A DNA stretch of 63,266 nucleotides, filler included, from Atractiella rhizophila (GCA_021432655.1; 10 parts of 10 records of this genome joined end to end with filler, not necessarily neighbours in it), one strand, 5' to 3'. Shown: positions 12,247-27,210, numbered from the whole stretch's first letter. The notes: generated from the sequence alone by a model not told the origin. Numbers and translations are program-made.

Positions 12247-13938
12247 GCAATGGCAGTATAATAGTGATCATCTTTTAGAGCTGGATAGTAAGCTACTCAT
12301 CTTAACATTAGAATAATACCTCTAAGTAGATCGTCACATAGCTATAGCCCTCAAGGTGCATCAATTATTGAATCCACTCTACGTCAAGAATGGCAATCTG
12401 ACAGCATTGATTTTCAACAAACAAAACCATTATGGGCTAATGACCAGGTGCTACAACTATTGCTCGTTCCACAAATTGCAGTATGGTTAATTTCGGAAGA
12501 TTTCCTAACGTTGGATTTGCAGCAGGCTAATAAGCTCAGAAAGGAGTCATACTTCTTTGGATTTGTGCTTCATCGTAGGACCAAAGCAGCATACAAGCTT
12601 GAGGTAACAAACATAGTATAGGAGAGAATCAGCTAATCGTGTGTAAGGTGAAAGTAAAAAGAAGCTCCCTGAATTCCCCTTGAAAAGTAATGTTGTTGAT
12701 GAGAGTAAGAAGCAGATGGGGGGTTACTGTGTTGACACCAGAACCTTAACAGACCCAGATCCATAACACCACATATTAATGTCCCTCAAAATTCGCAGCC
12801 CTTAGATATTCTGGATTCAAGATCTTCGCACCTGTGTGCAGATTTTGTCTCCAAACAGCGAGACCATTGCTTGTAATCTCTCAGAGATATCAATGAAAAC
12901 GTAGTGTTTCATAAAATCTGTGTTTTTCAACTACCTATTTGCAATTACTGGATTTTTTTCTTCGTAATCTCAAGAATTAGGTCAAGTCTTTCATATCCCA
13001 AACATCCTTAATGATCTGATTGCAAGTTGCTGAAAGACAGCCTGTTGAAGGCAATCCACTTGAGGAGGCAAAGTGCACAAAATGCGCAAATTAGAGTTAA
13101 AGTGGGCAGCATGACACGCTTTTGGGTCACATGCAAGCGGAACAACCGCGCAGTCTGTTTGATTGTCTTTGATTGNNNNNNNNNNNNNNNNNNNNNNNNN
13201 NNNNNNNNNNNNNNNNNNNTTAATTAATTAANNNNNNNNNNNNNNNNNNNNNNNNNNNNNNNNNNNNNNNNNNNNTTTACTGGGGCAAAACATTTTGTCG
13301 TCACGCCAAAAGGCAGGCGATGACTCTGTGAGCGAGAAGGCAATTCTTGCTCTGGAAAGTCTCCTGATTCTCCCGGATTCGAAAAATCCCGGAACCTTTG
13401 TTTTCACACTCAGCGGTTAAAAGGTAAACTCCTCTTTGCTCAAACGACTCCCATCTTCAAATTACTTGACACTTTTGCTTCTCCATCCAGCTCGCCTCTC
13501 AATCAGACCCCAGCTGCTTTGTTCAGTCAATTCCGAGCTGTTAAAATCGCAGAAAGTGAGTGTTTCTTGTTGCATTCTTCATATTCTTTTATCCTGCGTC
13601 CGATCTTTCGCGAAGCTGCTTTCTGCGCAGGAGTTGGTACAATGGGCTATTCTTGACTGCTCTCTATCCTGCTGCGCGACGCTGCACGCTTCCAAGTTGC
13701 AGCCTGGTGCGAAATGCTCATTTTGTTGCTCCTTGGATCGCTGCTTCCAGTCGTGTGAGCGGCTTCCCTTCTCCCGCTCAACTTGCGAACCCCGCACCCC
13801 GCGTTCGTTGTACGTCATAGATTTAATTAGCCCATCGGGGGCTACATCTGCTTGCCATTGCCCGATATCGCCCGCCCGCTTTGATCTTGCAGTTGCATGA
13901 TAAGACACGGCATCAACCGACCAAACAGATCTTTGGGG

Positions 13939-13947
13939 CTATATAAG
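13939..13947 (+). promoter_or_regulatory. TATA-like element upstream of PCK1
   Basis: CTATATAAG about 80 bp before the PCK1 ATG. Confidence 0.4.
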
Positions 13948-14022
13948 CTCTCTAGAGTCGTCTTTAGAACCAGATTTCTCTCCCAGACATCGACTAGAAA
14001 CGATAAACTGACAAGAATCATC

Positions 14023-16198
14023 ATGCAGCACCCAGAAATTCTATCCCCGCAACCATCAAAAATGCCTTTCCTCCCTTCTCATCTCTCCAGGACTCATACT
14101 CCCATGGTCCACTATGAAGAGGATAGCTCCCACTACGATCAGTGAGCTCTACTTGTTCTCTCAACACCATCCTGACATGCTGATGATCTCGATCACAGTC
14201 ATGGACCAGATGCTGCCTATACCCTTCTGGGGAAGGATCTCAAGCTCTTCTCTGATGCTGGGTTCGACATGGAGAAGATTCATCTGAAACGCAATGCTCC
14301 TGTCGCCCAGTTATATGAAGATGCGATCAAATACGAAGGAGCCGTCATCTCATCCAGCGGAGCCCTGATCAACTTCAGCGGAAAGAAGACGGGTAGGAGC
14401 CCTAAAGATAAACGAATTGTCTATGAGGAGACGTCGAAGGATGACATATGGGTCCGTCTTTCCTTTGCATGATTGTAGGGGCTTGCGGTTTATGGTCCTT
14501 CCATGGTATGCAGTGGGGATCTGTTAACATCAAGATGGACGAGCACACTTTCGAAATCAACAGAGAAAGGGCCATCGATTATTTGAACACGCGAGACAAT
14601 GTCTATGTCTTCGACGGATTCGCAGGCGTAAGCTTCTATTCCTCCAACCCTAGCGCACTGTGCTAAATGATTATCCTAGTGGGAGCCAGCTTATCGGATC
14701 AAAGTCAGAGTTATCTGCGCTAGGGCATATCACGCTCTCTTCATGCACAACAGTGCGTTCGCATGTCCCGCTGTGATCTCCAACTGACGACGAGAGTGTA
14801 GTGTTGATTCGCCCGACTGAGGATGAGCTGAAGAACTTCGGCGAGCCTGACTTCACCATCTACAACGCTGGACAGTTCCCCGCCAACCGTTTCACCGCCG
14901 GCATGACCTCCACTACTTCCGTCGAGATCAACTTTAAGCGAAAGGAAATGGTCATTCTCGGCACTGAATATGCTGGAGAGATGAAAAAGGGCGTCTTTTC
15001 CGTGATGGTATGTCTTCCTATACTTCTGTTGCGGAGAGAGACTGACGAAAGCCATAGCACTATCTCCAACCCGTTAAGTTTGGCCAGCTTTCTCTTCACT
15101 CTTCTGCCAACGAAGCGAAAGAGGGCGGCAACGTTACCCTCTTCTTTGGACTTTCCGGAACCGGGAAGACGACTTTGTCCGCTGATCAGAACCGAGCGCT
15201 CATTGGAGATGATGAACATGTCTGGTCCGACAAGGGCGTCTTTAACATTGAAGGAGGATGCTATGCCAAGACTATTGGTTTGTCGAAAGAAAAAGAGCCA
15301 GAGATCTTCAGCGCCATCCGATTCGGTTCTATTCTCGAGAACGTCGTTTATGATCCCGCAACCCGAATTGCCGATTATGATCTCGACACCATCACTGAAA
15401 ATACTCGCTGGTGAGCTTTTACCGTCCCTTGTCAGAAGGCATCGAGCTAACGAAACGACAGCGCTTATCCCATCGAGTTCATTCCCAACGCTAAGATTCC
15501 TTGCTTGACCAGCCATCCTCCTACCAACGTCGTCTACGTAAGTCACTGTTCCTTTCGCAGGTTCCGATCAGTTCGCTGACATCTTTTCAGTTGACCTGCG
15601 ATGCTTATGGTATCCTTCCTCCCGTCAGCAAATTGACTCGCGAACAAGCCCAATACTGGTTCATTCTTGGATACACCTCCAAGACTCCCGGAACGGAGGA
15701 TGGAGTCGTCGAACCCTCTCCCACCTTTTCGACCTGCTTCGGTCAACCCTTCATCGTTCTTCATCCTTCGCGCTACGCGACCATGTTGGCTGAGAGGATG
15801 GACGAGACCAAGGCTAACGTCTGGCTCATCAACACCGGTTGGGTCGGTGGCAAGTTCGGACAAGGGAAGCGATGCCCTCTCAAGTACACCAGGAAGATCA
15901 TCGACGCCATTCATGACGGTACTCTCGCCAAGGGAGAGTTCGAGACCTTCCCCATTTTCGACCTCGCCATCCCCAAGAGCCTTGAGAACGTCCCTGATGA
16001 ACTCCTCGACCCTAAGAAGGCTTGGAAGGATTCGGAGAAGTTCGAGGCTGAGCGAACCAAACTCGCCAACATGTTCACTGATGGTGGGTCTCCTTTCTCA
16101 AATGTATCCACACACTAACATGAGTTTGTGACATAGCTTTCAAGAAATATGCTTCTGACTGCTCCCCTGAGGTTTGCGCTGCCGGACCTAAGTTTTAA
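14023..16198 (+). CDS. PCK1: Phosphoenolpyruvate carboxykinase (ATP)
   Basis: [100 protein letters not shown]; ends AAGPKF*. Confidence 0.97.
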
Positions 16199-16544
16199 GT
16201 GGTTGATGGACTGACTCTTGAAAGAATCAATTCTGGGCTTCTACTTCTTTGGTCATTTTCGTGCATTTTCCGTCGCATTTCTCTTATTCTTGAATTCTGA
16301 TCATTTGCACTCTGAGTCTAGGCTTTGGATCATTGTACTGAATAAGAGAGATCTCATTCAACATTCAATGTATAGTGGTATATTCCCTTATTACTGTCCC
16401 CTCGCAACAATGTTGGGTGGGAAGCGGTTAAGAGCTGAGAAGCAAGTCACTACGAAGGAATGATGAAACTGAATTGCTGTTGACTTTGCTAACTGTTTCT
16501 TACACTGGTACATGCTTCTATTACTTGCTCACAACTTTGGCACC

Positions 16545-18025
16545 TTAGGCAAGAAAACAGGATTTAAAACGTTTCAGGGAAACCATCTCCTTCGCCCCAA
16601 ACGTGCCCCTCTTGCCTCCCACCCCGAAGGTCAAATTAGGGACGAATGGAGAATTGGCAAATGTGCCATTGTCCAGTGCTGGCCAAGAGCGGAGATCTTC
16701 TTTTTGAAGAACAATTTCTGCTTTCTGAACACCCATATTAGTGACGGTAATAGCCAACGAGAATGAGGGAAACACGAACCGTGCTCATGATCTTCCATGA
16801 AACATTTATCGGGAACGATTCGGTCCAAAAAGATTGAAAGATTTGACGTATTTCTTATTGTTTGGAAGGAAGAGTTGAATGTGCATCTGTTAATGCGCAT
16901 CAGCATGAAGTGTCTAGGTTTCAGTGAGAAAGGGATGGCATACTTGTTCTTCTGTAAACTCGATTTTCGATTTTTCCTTATCTGCTCCCTTCCCAAATAC
17001 GCTTACAATGACTTGATTAGGGGTTTGATAATGGTCTGTTCGAAGGGTGATAAGTTCATCCTTATATTCGCAATCAGTGATGTGTGTCTAAGGAAGTGAA
17101 GGAAGTAGACGTGCCAGCTCTGACTCCTCCTTTGGTTTTTTCCTACAAAAAGANNNNNNNNNNNNNNNNNNNNNNNNNNNNNNNNNNNNNNNNNNNNNNN
17201 NNNNNNNNNNNNNNNNNNNNNNNNNNNNNNNNNNNNNNNNNNNNNNNNNNNNNNNNNNNNNNNNNNNNNNAGAAACTCGTCAAACTCCAGAACCTTCCTC
17301 TTGCAACACGAATATCCTTTTGAACCCTCATGGAAAATGGGCTGCAGGGCACTCAGTCATTTCCCTATGCTTGGTTTCTGCACTCACAACACCAGGATGA
17401 AAGCGACATTCATCATCCTTCCTCTCTTCTCCTTCATACGCCTTCCCACATGGCTTCCTCTTGCACTTCATTCCCTTCTCAACCTTCACGTCCACTGGGT
17501 CTTCTTCAATCACAACCTCCTGTGGTGTCGGCGGCTCCGCTTTCGGTTCGACCTTCAACTCCGAGACGATTTTTGGCGGAGGCGGAAGAGCGCCATACAC
17601 CTCTGTTCCGTTTTGAGATACCATAGTTGGCTTGTCTGCTGTTGCAGCAGGCTTGGGGAGATTCGGCAGCACAGTCGATGGATCGGAGGAGTGAGAGCCT
17701 ACCACACATCCTTTGATCGCCATAAATTCGTCAAAATCTAGGACGGCTGTAACATCAAAGAAAATTAGCAATTCTTGATGCAGCAAATTTGGTCTGTACA
17801 TGCAAGGTCGGGGCACGTACGTTTGTTTACGTCCTTACAGCAGCTCCAGCTTTTCAGACCTTCATGAAAGATTGGATTGCCAGGATGAAAGGTACATGCT
17901 GAATAAACCGTCAGATTCAAGCTTCCTCCTTTGCATTTTGATGGCATACCCGTGCCAGAATTGGAGGATGAAACGTCGTCTGGGTCGAATTCTTGACCAC
18001 ATCCATGTCGGGTGCAAGTAACCAT
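16545..18025 (-). CDS. CHORDC1: CHORD-domain Hsp90 co-chaperone (2x CHORD + CS domain); internal gap and apparent indel errors
   Basis: [16 protein letters not shown]...[37 protein letters not shown]...[31 protein letters not shown] domain [18 protein letters not shown]...[18 protein letters not shown]. Confidence 0.9.
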
Positions 18026-18241
18026 GATCGCAGTGTAATGTGCTGCTATAAAGTCGCGATTAGAGAACGCGTATACAACCCGAAAGAAAACTCACACGCT
18101 TTACTGCTTTTTGATATCTCGATTGTTCTCCTCGATCGAGCTTCTCGAATCGTCCACTCCCTCCAATACCGTACCGGAATTCATTCACACTCCGGCACTC
18201 CGTAACTTTATTTGGTGACCATCCACGACGCGCTTCTTTGA

Positions 18242-19355
<1,114 letters not shown>

Positions 19356-19906
19356 TCAACATCATTTTCATTTTTCCTTTTGGCTGCATTTTTCTGTGCC
19401 TGTTGGTCGATGTAGAGATGCTACGAGTTCGTTTAATTGGGAAGCATTATTGAGACCTGCGAAGTAGAACATCAGCCTTAAAACCATTGCTCCCAGTTGA
19501 AAGACTTTGCACATTTTGGGAGAAGCTGCGATCAAGTACTGAATGGAAAAATACGGTAAATGTCCAGAAACGAAGCCTTGAGAACTCGAGTGATATTGGA
19601 GTCCCGCTCGTAGAAATCAAATCCGGAAGAGCTCACGAAACAGACGCCTAGCGGTCGGCACTTCACCTCAATCCTTCATCCCGGAACCACTTCCTCACGA
19701 TCCTCGAAGGGATCCAGCAAGTTCGTTTTCTAATATCGAGCTGAAGGTTGATACTGCCACCATGCAGAGAGCAATAAACATCTATTGGGACTTTGAAGAG
19801 CTTGACNNNNNNNNNNNNNNNNNNNNNNNNNNNNNNNNNNNNNNNNNNNNTTAATTAATTAANNNNNNNNNNNNNNNNNNNNNNNNNNNNNNNNNNNNNN
19901 NNNNNN

Positions 19907-20446
19907 ACTTCCACAGCACCCGCTCCCTCGCCCTCCCTCGTCCGATTCGCCTCCAGCGTGCTCTCCCTCCTCCGCTCCTGGTCCGCACTCACCCTCGTCC
20001 TCTCCCACAACCCCACCACAGGCTGCACCGTCGAATCCTTCGCCGAAGAGATCGTCTCCCTCTTCCTCTCCGAAGAGACCATCCCGTCCCAAGAAGCGGT
20101 CGAGGATTTCGTGCTCGCGTATTTCGATGAGGACCTTTCGACGAGTTTGGAGGATGGGTCTGAGGTCGGGGTTGCGAGGGATTTGAGGATGTTGTGGACG
20201 GAGAGTCTTGCGGAGGGCGAGGGGGAGATGATGCGGAGGGTGAGGGAGGTGGAGGGGAGGATGAAGGGGAAGAAGGTCGAGGTGAAGGTGGATGAAGATG
20301 AGGAGGTTAGTGGGAGTGACAGTGAGGAGGAGAGCGGAGAGGACGATGTGCAGATGGATGTTATGGAACCTTCTACTAAGGGAAGAACAAAACCTGAGCC
20401 TGTTGTCGATGAGGACGGTTTTACGTTGGTTCAGAAGAAACGGTGA
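19907..20446 (+). CDS. TSR2: Pre-rRNA-processing protein Tsr2, 5' truncated
   Basis: FASSVLSLLRSWSALTL, VEDFVLAYFDEDLSTSLEDGS, an acidic tail, and the C-terminal PVVDEDGFTLVQKKR typical of Tsr2. Confidence 0.85.
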   Translation, partial: TSTAPAPSPSLVRFASSVLSLLRSWSALTLVLSHNPTTGCTVESFAEEIVSLFLSEETIPSQEAVEDFVLAYFDEDLSTSLEDGSEVGVARDLRMLWTESLAEGEGEMMRRVREVEGRMKGKKVEVKVDEDEEVSGSDSEEESGEDDVQMDVMEPSTKGRTKPEPVVDEDGFTLVQKKR

Positions 20447-20857
20447 TGGTGAGCTTTTTATTGTTTGTTTGGGATCCAGTGTATTCATACAAATCAAGTG
20501 TAAAATGTGTCTCTCCTGCTTCCAGACGGTCTCGATCTCGTGCAACAAAATGCTCCTTTCCATACTACATCAACGCGTCAACAAGCATCGATCGTAACAT
20601 GCAAAAAGTAGAAATTCAGATCTGTGACGTCATATGTCGTTGTGTCCAGCGTTCTGTTTTCGGTTTCTTCTCCATTTCCATTTAAATGCTGCCCTGCTCT
20701 ACCTACTATCGATATAATATCCTTGGAAGGAGCATCCCAGCAAGCATCCCATATCCAACAAGCAAGGGCATCGGCCAATCCTCGCTCCCGCGCCGACTGA
20801 ACTCGTATATAACAAAGCTGAACTTGAATCTGATACCAAGAGCTTGAGACGATCAAC

Positions 20858-23293
20858 ATGGCTCCCACTCTTCCAGAGGTACTGTACACGCTCCATGCCA
20901 AAGCTAGAAATGCTGAACGCACGGCTCAGGATGCAAGGAAAGGAAAGAAGTGAGTATCATCCCAGCGCGCTGTACCGCCGCGTACATCCATGGACTCATA
21001 TAATTGACGATGTTGGAAAGGCCAACGGAGGAATCAGAGGCACATCGAATCTTCAGAAGCTACCCAGGGACGACTCCGAAGAAGGAATACCACCATCATC
21101 ACAAAGCGAGGAAACATGGAATTCCCACTCCCAGTTCGGCCGTTGGGGTCCTCAAGAGCGCCATTTCGCCTGATGGTGGGTTAAGGAATGAGGAAAAGCA
21201 GAAAGAGGCGGAGAAAGAGATGGAACAGGATAACCATTCTGAACCTTTACCTGGAATTCAGAATCCTGGAGGTCTGTTCGTAGTTTGGTTTCTACTGTGG
21301 TTTGCTGATTATCGTTACAGCTACGGGTGACCCACTTCTTCTACGCTCGGCGCTGATGATGTCTAGGGACTGATTCGAGGGGACGGCAGGTGTAATCTTC
21401 GTTATGGATCGAGCGTTTGCGAACGGGTTCACATATACAAGCGATGAATGGGCGAATTTCGGACAAGGTCCCTTCTGCTGCTTTGGATATTGCCTGGGTG
21501 ATTAACACGAATTGTGTAGGCGCACCGGAAGTGGGAGAGATCCCCGGAGCTCCACCTCGTCCGAAATCGATCTCGCTCGACAGCACACCGGACATCAACG
21601 AATATGCTCCGACCACAGGAGTGAAAGAGCTGAGACAGGCTGTGGCGGATTACTATAACTATTCGTTTAGGGAAGGGAAGGAGTCCAAGTACACTTACGA
21701 GAACGTGTGTATCGTGCCTGGCGGACGAGCTGGTAGATTTTCTCTCACCATTCAGTTTACCTGCTGACGAGTAGTTGAAGGATTGACGAGGGTTGCGGCT
21801 GTTGTTGGAGACGTTCTTGTTTCCTATTCCTTGCCTGAGGTTAGCCCATTTCCCTCTCGTAGACTAAGCCTGAATAGTCCCACGGATAGTACACCGCATA
21901 CGATCAAATGCTGTCTGTTTTCAAGAGAATGGTGCCCATACCCACGTCGCTTGATGCTACGGTCAGTGTTCCATTTCCCTGTTCCCTGTAGAGCATGCTG
22001 AACCGGTTCACCACAGGACAATTACAGGTTGAATGTGGACAAGCTTCGAGAGAACATCCATAAGATGGGCTTATCGGTGGTAGTCGTGTCCAATCCCAAG
22101 AATCCTACTGGTCAGGCGATCGAAGGTTCGTTTCTTGTTTTATGGTAATGGTTTGGATTTTTGCTGACCAAATGATCATTCAGGAGAGGAATTGGAACGC
22201 CTTGTGTCTTTGTCTCGAACAGATCAGACCACGCTAGTCCTCGATGAGTTCTATAGCGCCTATAATTACGAGGGAAAAGAAGGAGACGCTTTGAGCGCTT
22301 CGAGATACATTGAGGATGTCAACAAAGATCCTGTCATTTTGATCGATGGTCTTACGAAAGGATTTCGGTATGTTCTGCTATTCACATTACCCTGAATATT
22401 CTTGCCGATCGTCTTCAGGTTGCCTGGATGGAGATGCTGCTGGGTTGTCGCTCCGCGAAACATCATCTCAGCCCTCAGCGTAAGTTTCTCCCTTGATACC
22501 GGTTCGCAATCCGAGCTAGGATTTCTCTAGCAATCGGGTAGTTTCCTTGACGGAGGCGCCTCTCATCCAATCCAGATCGCTGCCATCCCATTCCTGAAGA
22601 AGGAATTCGTCATGCAAGACCGCCTTGCTCTTCGTTCGTCCACTCCTCCTCTGTGGTTTCGTCTTATCAGTTGAATTGAACAGAGCGACACTTCAAGATG
22701 AAAAGAGATCACGTCTTGAAACGCTTGAAGGACATGGGGCTGGAAGTCAAGGTTCCACCTAAAGTGAGTCTCCCCACACAGAGCAGAGAAGACTAGTTCC
22801 TGAGACTGGTCATAGTGGACTTTCTATATCTGGTTGGACCTCTCCGGCCTTCCTGAACCTCTTAGCTCCGGCTTGGTATTCTTCGAAGAGCTGCTCAAAG
22901 AGAAGTGTATTGTAGTCCCTGGCCTCTTCTTCGACATGTGCGATTCCTTCCCTTCTGCTCCCTGATTTCCCTGACGTTTGTGCGATAGAAACCCGTCGCA
23001 TCGAAGAAACCTCAGCGATTCTCCCTGTCACCATTTCGTCCGTCTGTCCTTTGGTCCGCCCCTCGAACAACTGGACAAAGGTCTGCCTCCCCCTTCTTCT
23101 TGTCGAACTAGAACGTTGATGGCTAAACCTGTTTGGCATAACAGGACTGGACTCGATCGAAAGGGTGTTGAAGAAAGCTCGCGCACACATGGAAGAGAAG
23201 GGTCATTTGAACGAGTTCGGCCAGAACCTCAAGTTCAGCGGTCCCTCGCATTTCTCCAATTCGTCGACGCACGGCAGACCCGGTTGGTCATGA
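20858..23293 (+). CDS. PLP-dependent aminotransferase class I/II, many exons
   Basis: WANFGQGAPE, NEYAPTTGVKELRQAVADYYN, ENVCIVPGGRAGL, SNPKNPTG, LVLDEFY, DGLTKGFRLPGWR (PLP lysine), FVRLSFGP. Confidence 0.9.
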
Positions 23294-23474
23294 ATACCAT
23301 GAATACGAAATGTGATGGTGAATCTGTAACTCGATCGAATTCCATGGTACGAATACAATGATGTGCCGTCGTCTCAATAGTGTACATAGTCAAATGCGAA
23401 GGAATATATACAAGAAATCATCAAATGCCCAATTTTGACGTGATGGATTAAGCACTCAGAGATCGAAAGAGGGA

Positions 23475-26344
23475 TTAACGAACGAAGACACGATAGGTGA
23501 TCCAAGCGCCGCAGATTGCTATTGCTGCCAACCCTGCAAGGATGGAGAAGAACCAGTGAAGGTTCTCCACGTCCTGTCCGGGAACATGGACGTTCATCCC
23601 CCATAGACCAGTGATCAAGCTGTTTCTCTCTCAGTGCGAGTTGCGATCTAGTGAGAGTGAAGGGGACAAACTTCATTGGGAGAAGGATTGTACCTAGAGC
23701 TGTGAGGCGACCGAGCACGTCGTTGATTTGATTGTTCGCCTCCGTCACTGTACCCAACGAGAATCAATATCTGCTAGCTCTATTAATGCAAAGGGAGAGA
23801 GAAAGAGCGCACTCTCGATTGATATTTGTGCAAGGTAATTCGAATGCGACCTCGACAGGATCTTTTCGTAATGATTCAAGTTCTGGGTCATGGTGATCAA
23901 GTGATCCTATCATCGAAACATCCATCAGCACATCCACCGTACAGTTGTTGATTGATGAGGTGTGAGATGATAGAGAGGGACGGCGCACCTGGATATCCGA
24001 GAGATAAAGCCCGATATCACTCTTGGGAGCCACGCTCCAATTCTCATTACACCTCTTCGCGAGACCCTTCACCACATCCGCCTTATTTCCCATCAGCCTC
24101 AACAAACCCATCACCTTCTTCCGACACGTTCCTATCCTGCGTCCCTCCCCTCACCTCAGCCACATCCGCAACCATGGGAATGAAACCATGGGGAGGGAGG
24201 GAGGAGAGGAGACGCACCGACGGAGCATGTCGCTTTGTTCGGTCTCCTTGAGTATGAGCACGAGCTCGTCCACGCTGTCTACTTCGTATTCGATACCTTG
24301 AATCAAGGGACCGAAAGCGTCGGTGATGTCGTCGATCAGCGCATAGGATATCCAGTCCGATGTGACGTTGATGTAATCCTTCAGTTGTTTTATCCTCCTC
24401 CTCACGTTCTGAGGATGAGGTGTGCCTCTGAAATGAAACTGGCATGACACACCATATCAGCAAAAAGGAGAGGGTAATCAAAAATGAAAAGAGATATGAC
24501 ATACGGAGAGAGTGCCCTCTCGGAACACTATGATATACATATTGAGCGGTTCGAGATAGGTCCTAGAATAAGGATCCTGGTCGAAAGATCGGAAAGAGAC
24601 AAGGTAATAATTCCTAAACAACTCGATCTTTTCACGCGTTTCTTCCATCAAAACGTCCTCCGTAGTGAGCGGGTGTATCCCGAACGCCTTTCGTCACTCA
24701 TCAGAATCCTCCTCTCATCCTCCTCCTCCTTCTGCAAAGGCATAGAGAGATATGAGAACGGACCTTGGAGAGGACCTTCATCTCCCCATCCGTTGGGCAT
24801 AACACGTCCAACCACCAAGTGTTGGCTTCCGCATCCTCATCGCTCCTCACCAAACCCATCATTCCTGACATACCCGCTCCCATAGCAGCCGACGCTCCAT
24901 ACTCCCTCCTTTTCGTGCCCGCACCTATCGTTCCCATCCCAGCGGCACCATCCCTAGCATACCCCATCCAGCGTCCTGCGCCGACCTCCTCGACGTTTGT
25001 GTTTGTGTTCGTGTTGGTGGTGGCACTGGCGGTGGTTGAGATTGTGGGACTGGGTCGATTTCCGACAAAGAGTTCTTCGAAACTCTGGTCCTCTGAGCTG
25101 GGGAGCTCGGAGAGAGATTTGGCGTGGATGGTGGCTGGGAGGGAGTTGGAGTAGAACGAGAAGCGATATGGACGTTCGTCTACCGACGAGGTCGTCGTGT
25201 CTTTCCTCGTCGGAGAGGCTGCGGACGCTGATGGTTGACGATGGGCTGAGGAGGGTTTGAAGGTTTGAAAGTCTGGACGGTTATCTGTTGCTCCACTCGC
25301 ACCAGTGCTGGGTTGGTGGGAAGAAGAGAGGAGAGGCGTCTTTTGGTCTGCCTTCGGTTTCACTCCTCCTTCTCCACCTTGGCGACCGAAAGGAAAAGCG
25401 CCGAGAGCGGCCCCCTCTTCGAAGAGAGCCAATTTCTTCTGTCTAACCGGGCCTATACTCTCGCTCAATCTCCTATTCGGCCTCCTCTTCATTCCCTCCC
25501 TCCCTCCTCCGGGCGCTCCTCCCTCACCGGGAGAAGAGGATGACATGGCGGCATTGACGAAAGCGACCCTCCTCCCCTCCTCTTTCTCCCTCCTCAAACT
25601 CTTCCTCTCCTCCCTCGCCCACTCCTCCAACGCTCCAAAGTCGAAAGGATACAAGAAACCAGGCAAAACCCCAGGTAGCCCTCTCGGCCTCTCCGTCCCG
25701 ACTCCCTCCTTCTCGATCCCGTCGCTCGACTTTTGGGAGCCCGAGTCTGGCGCAATGTCGGCAGAGGTGGGAAGCGGAAGAGGGATCGGGATGGAAGATG
25801 TTGGCGCGGGGAAACAGACGTCAGATTCAGGGTCGGCCAGGAGGGAAGGACGGCGTGAGAGGTCGGGAGGGAGGTGAGGGTCTGCGTGAGCCTGGACATT
25901 CGGATGGATGTGGGAATGAGACGGTGTGTCTTCTCCTCCATCGTCCATGTCGATAGCCGACTCGTCCGGTAGGTTACGCGAAGCCAGCTTAGATGGAGAC
26001 TGGACCAGTGTGGCACTCCTCCCTCTACCCACAGCTGCATTATGGGCCAAAGAGATCGAAGGAGACGTATGCCTGTGATCTATAACGCCGTCATTCTCCT
26101 CCCCATCCGTCTCGTCGCCATATCCACCAGCAAACACCTCCCCACCCTCCTCTCCCTCCACATCCTCCTCGCTCCTCCGCTTCCTCCGTGGACGCTGGTG
26201 CGGATGGGGATGGGGACGGGTGAAGGAGAAGAGGCGGTTGGTGTGTGAGGACCCGATGAGCGAGGTGGCGAGGTGGGCGTCCTGTGCTGCTTGGTGGGAG
26301 TCTACGCTGTTCCGCCGTGAGGAAGGGAGCGAAGGTGATGCCAT
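23475..26344 (-). CDS. ALR1: CorA-family Mg2+ transporter (Alr1/Mnr2-like) with a long disordered N-terminus
   Basis: WWLDVLCPT, AFGIHPLTTEDVLMEETREKIELFRNYY, DWISYALIDDITDAF, IGLYLSDIQDH, and the GMN motif LWGMNVHVPGQ. Confidence 0.9.
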
Positions 26345-26521
26345 GTCTTTATTTTTATGTCGTCGTTTTTGGCAGTGGAATTCTTGGAGTGGAATGCGTT
26401 GCGTTGTTGAAAGTTGGCTTGNNNNNNNNNNNNNNNNNNNNNNNNNNNNNNNNNNNNNNNNNNNNTTAATTAATTAANNNNNNNNNNNNNNNNNNNNNNN
26501 NNNNNNNNNNNNNNNNNNNNN

Positions 26522-26917
26522 GGCGGAAGTTGGACGAGTTGAGCTGAAGAATCCACAGTGTTGACCTTCCGTTAGGTCAAACAGCACTGGAGGAGGAACG
26601 TAGGTTGGATTGATCACATGATGACTGTTAGCAGATGCGTTAGAGCTCGAGGGGACCGCAGGATGGTTTGGGATGCTGGGGCATTGATATTCCGCCAAAG
26701 GTTGTTGCAGGTCTTGATTCCATGATTCGCCCACTGGGACTGGCTTAGCGTTAACCAGATCGAGCGGAGGATGAGGCTTGTTATAAAGTGTAAATTGCGC
26801 GCTGGACAAGGTAGAAGTTGGAGTGTGAAAGGGATGTGGTGGGACCAGCTCTTCAAAGTTTACCAACGCACGATCAAAGGATGGGCGTGGCCAGTTGTTG
26901 AGGTGAGAATCTCCCAT
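26522..26917 (-). CDS. Hypothetical P/H-rich protein N-terminus, truncated by the scaffold end; likely paralog of the 30530 gene
   Basis: Open frame MGDSHLNNW...PSIPNHPAVP...HHVINPTYVPPPV running into the gap. Confidence 0.45.
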
Positions 26918-27118
26918 GTTGGTCGAAATGAAGGGTCCCCAAAACGTTGAGCTGAAGTGCAATAAACACCATCAGAGGAAAAGATCCTGAGCAATCCCCT
27001 TTTATAAAAATCCTTTCGGGAGGAGAGCAGAACAAGGTGTCGAGGCGCTCGGGTGCTGAAATCGGAAGTTGAGATTCTGTATGAGAAAGGCGGGTTGGAC
27101 CACCCAATATACTTGCAT

Positions 27119-27210
27119 TTACCTTTCGTACGAGAGCATTACCTTTCGTACGAGGGAGTGGTCTGGATCACGTAAACAGTTTTGTCTGAGAAGCTTTCGT
27201 ACGAGAGGGA
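27119..27210. repeat. Three copies of CTTTCGTACGAG (palindromic core TCGTACGA)
   Basis: TTACCTTTCGTACGAG at 27119 and 27139 (20-bp period); third copy GCTTTCGTACGAG at ~27193. Confidence 0.7.

Noticed and set aside
12700..13050. Possible Tc1/mariner-like remnant (VWR...NPEYL...VLWIWVC on the minus strand)
   Set aside because: Many stops and no clear DDE motif; too weak to call.
16790..17153. Frameshifts in the CHORD CS domain suggesting a pseudogene or programmed frameshifting
   Set aside because: The extra bases lie in short homopolymers next to an N gap, and removing them restores FGPIVPDKCSWKIMST. Sequencing error is more likely.
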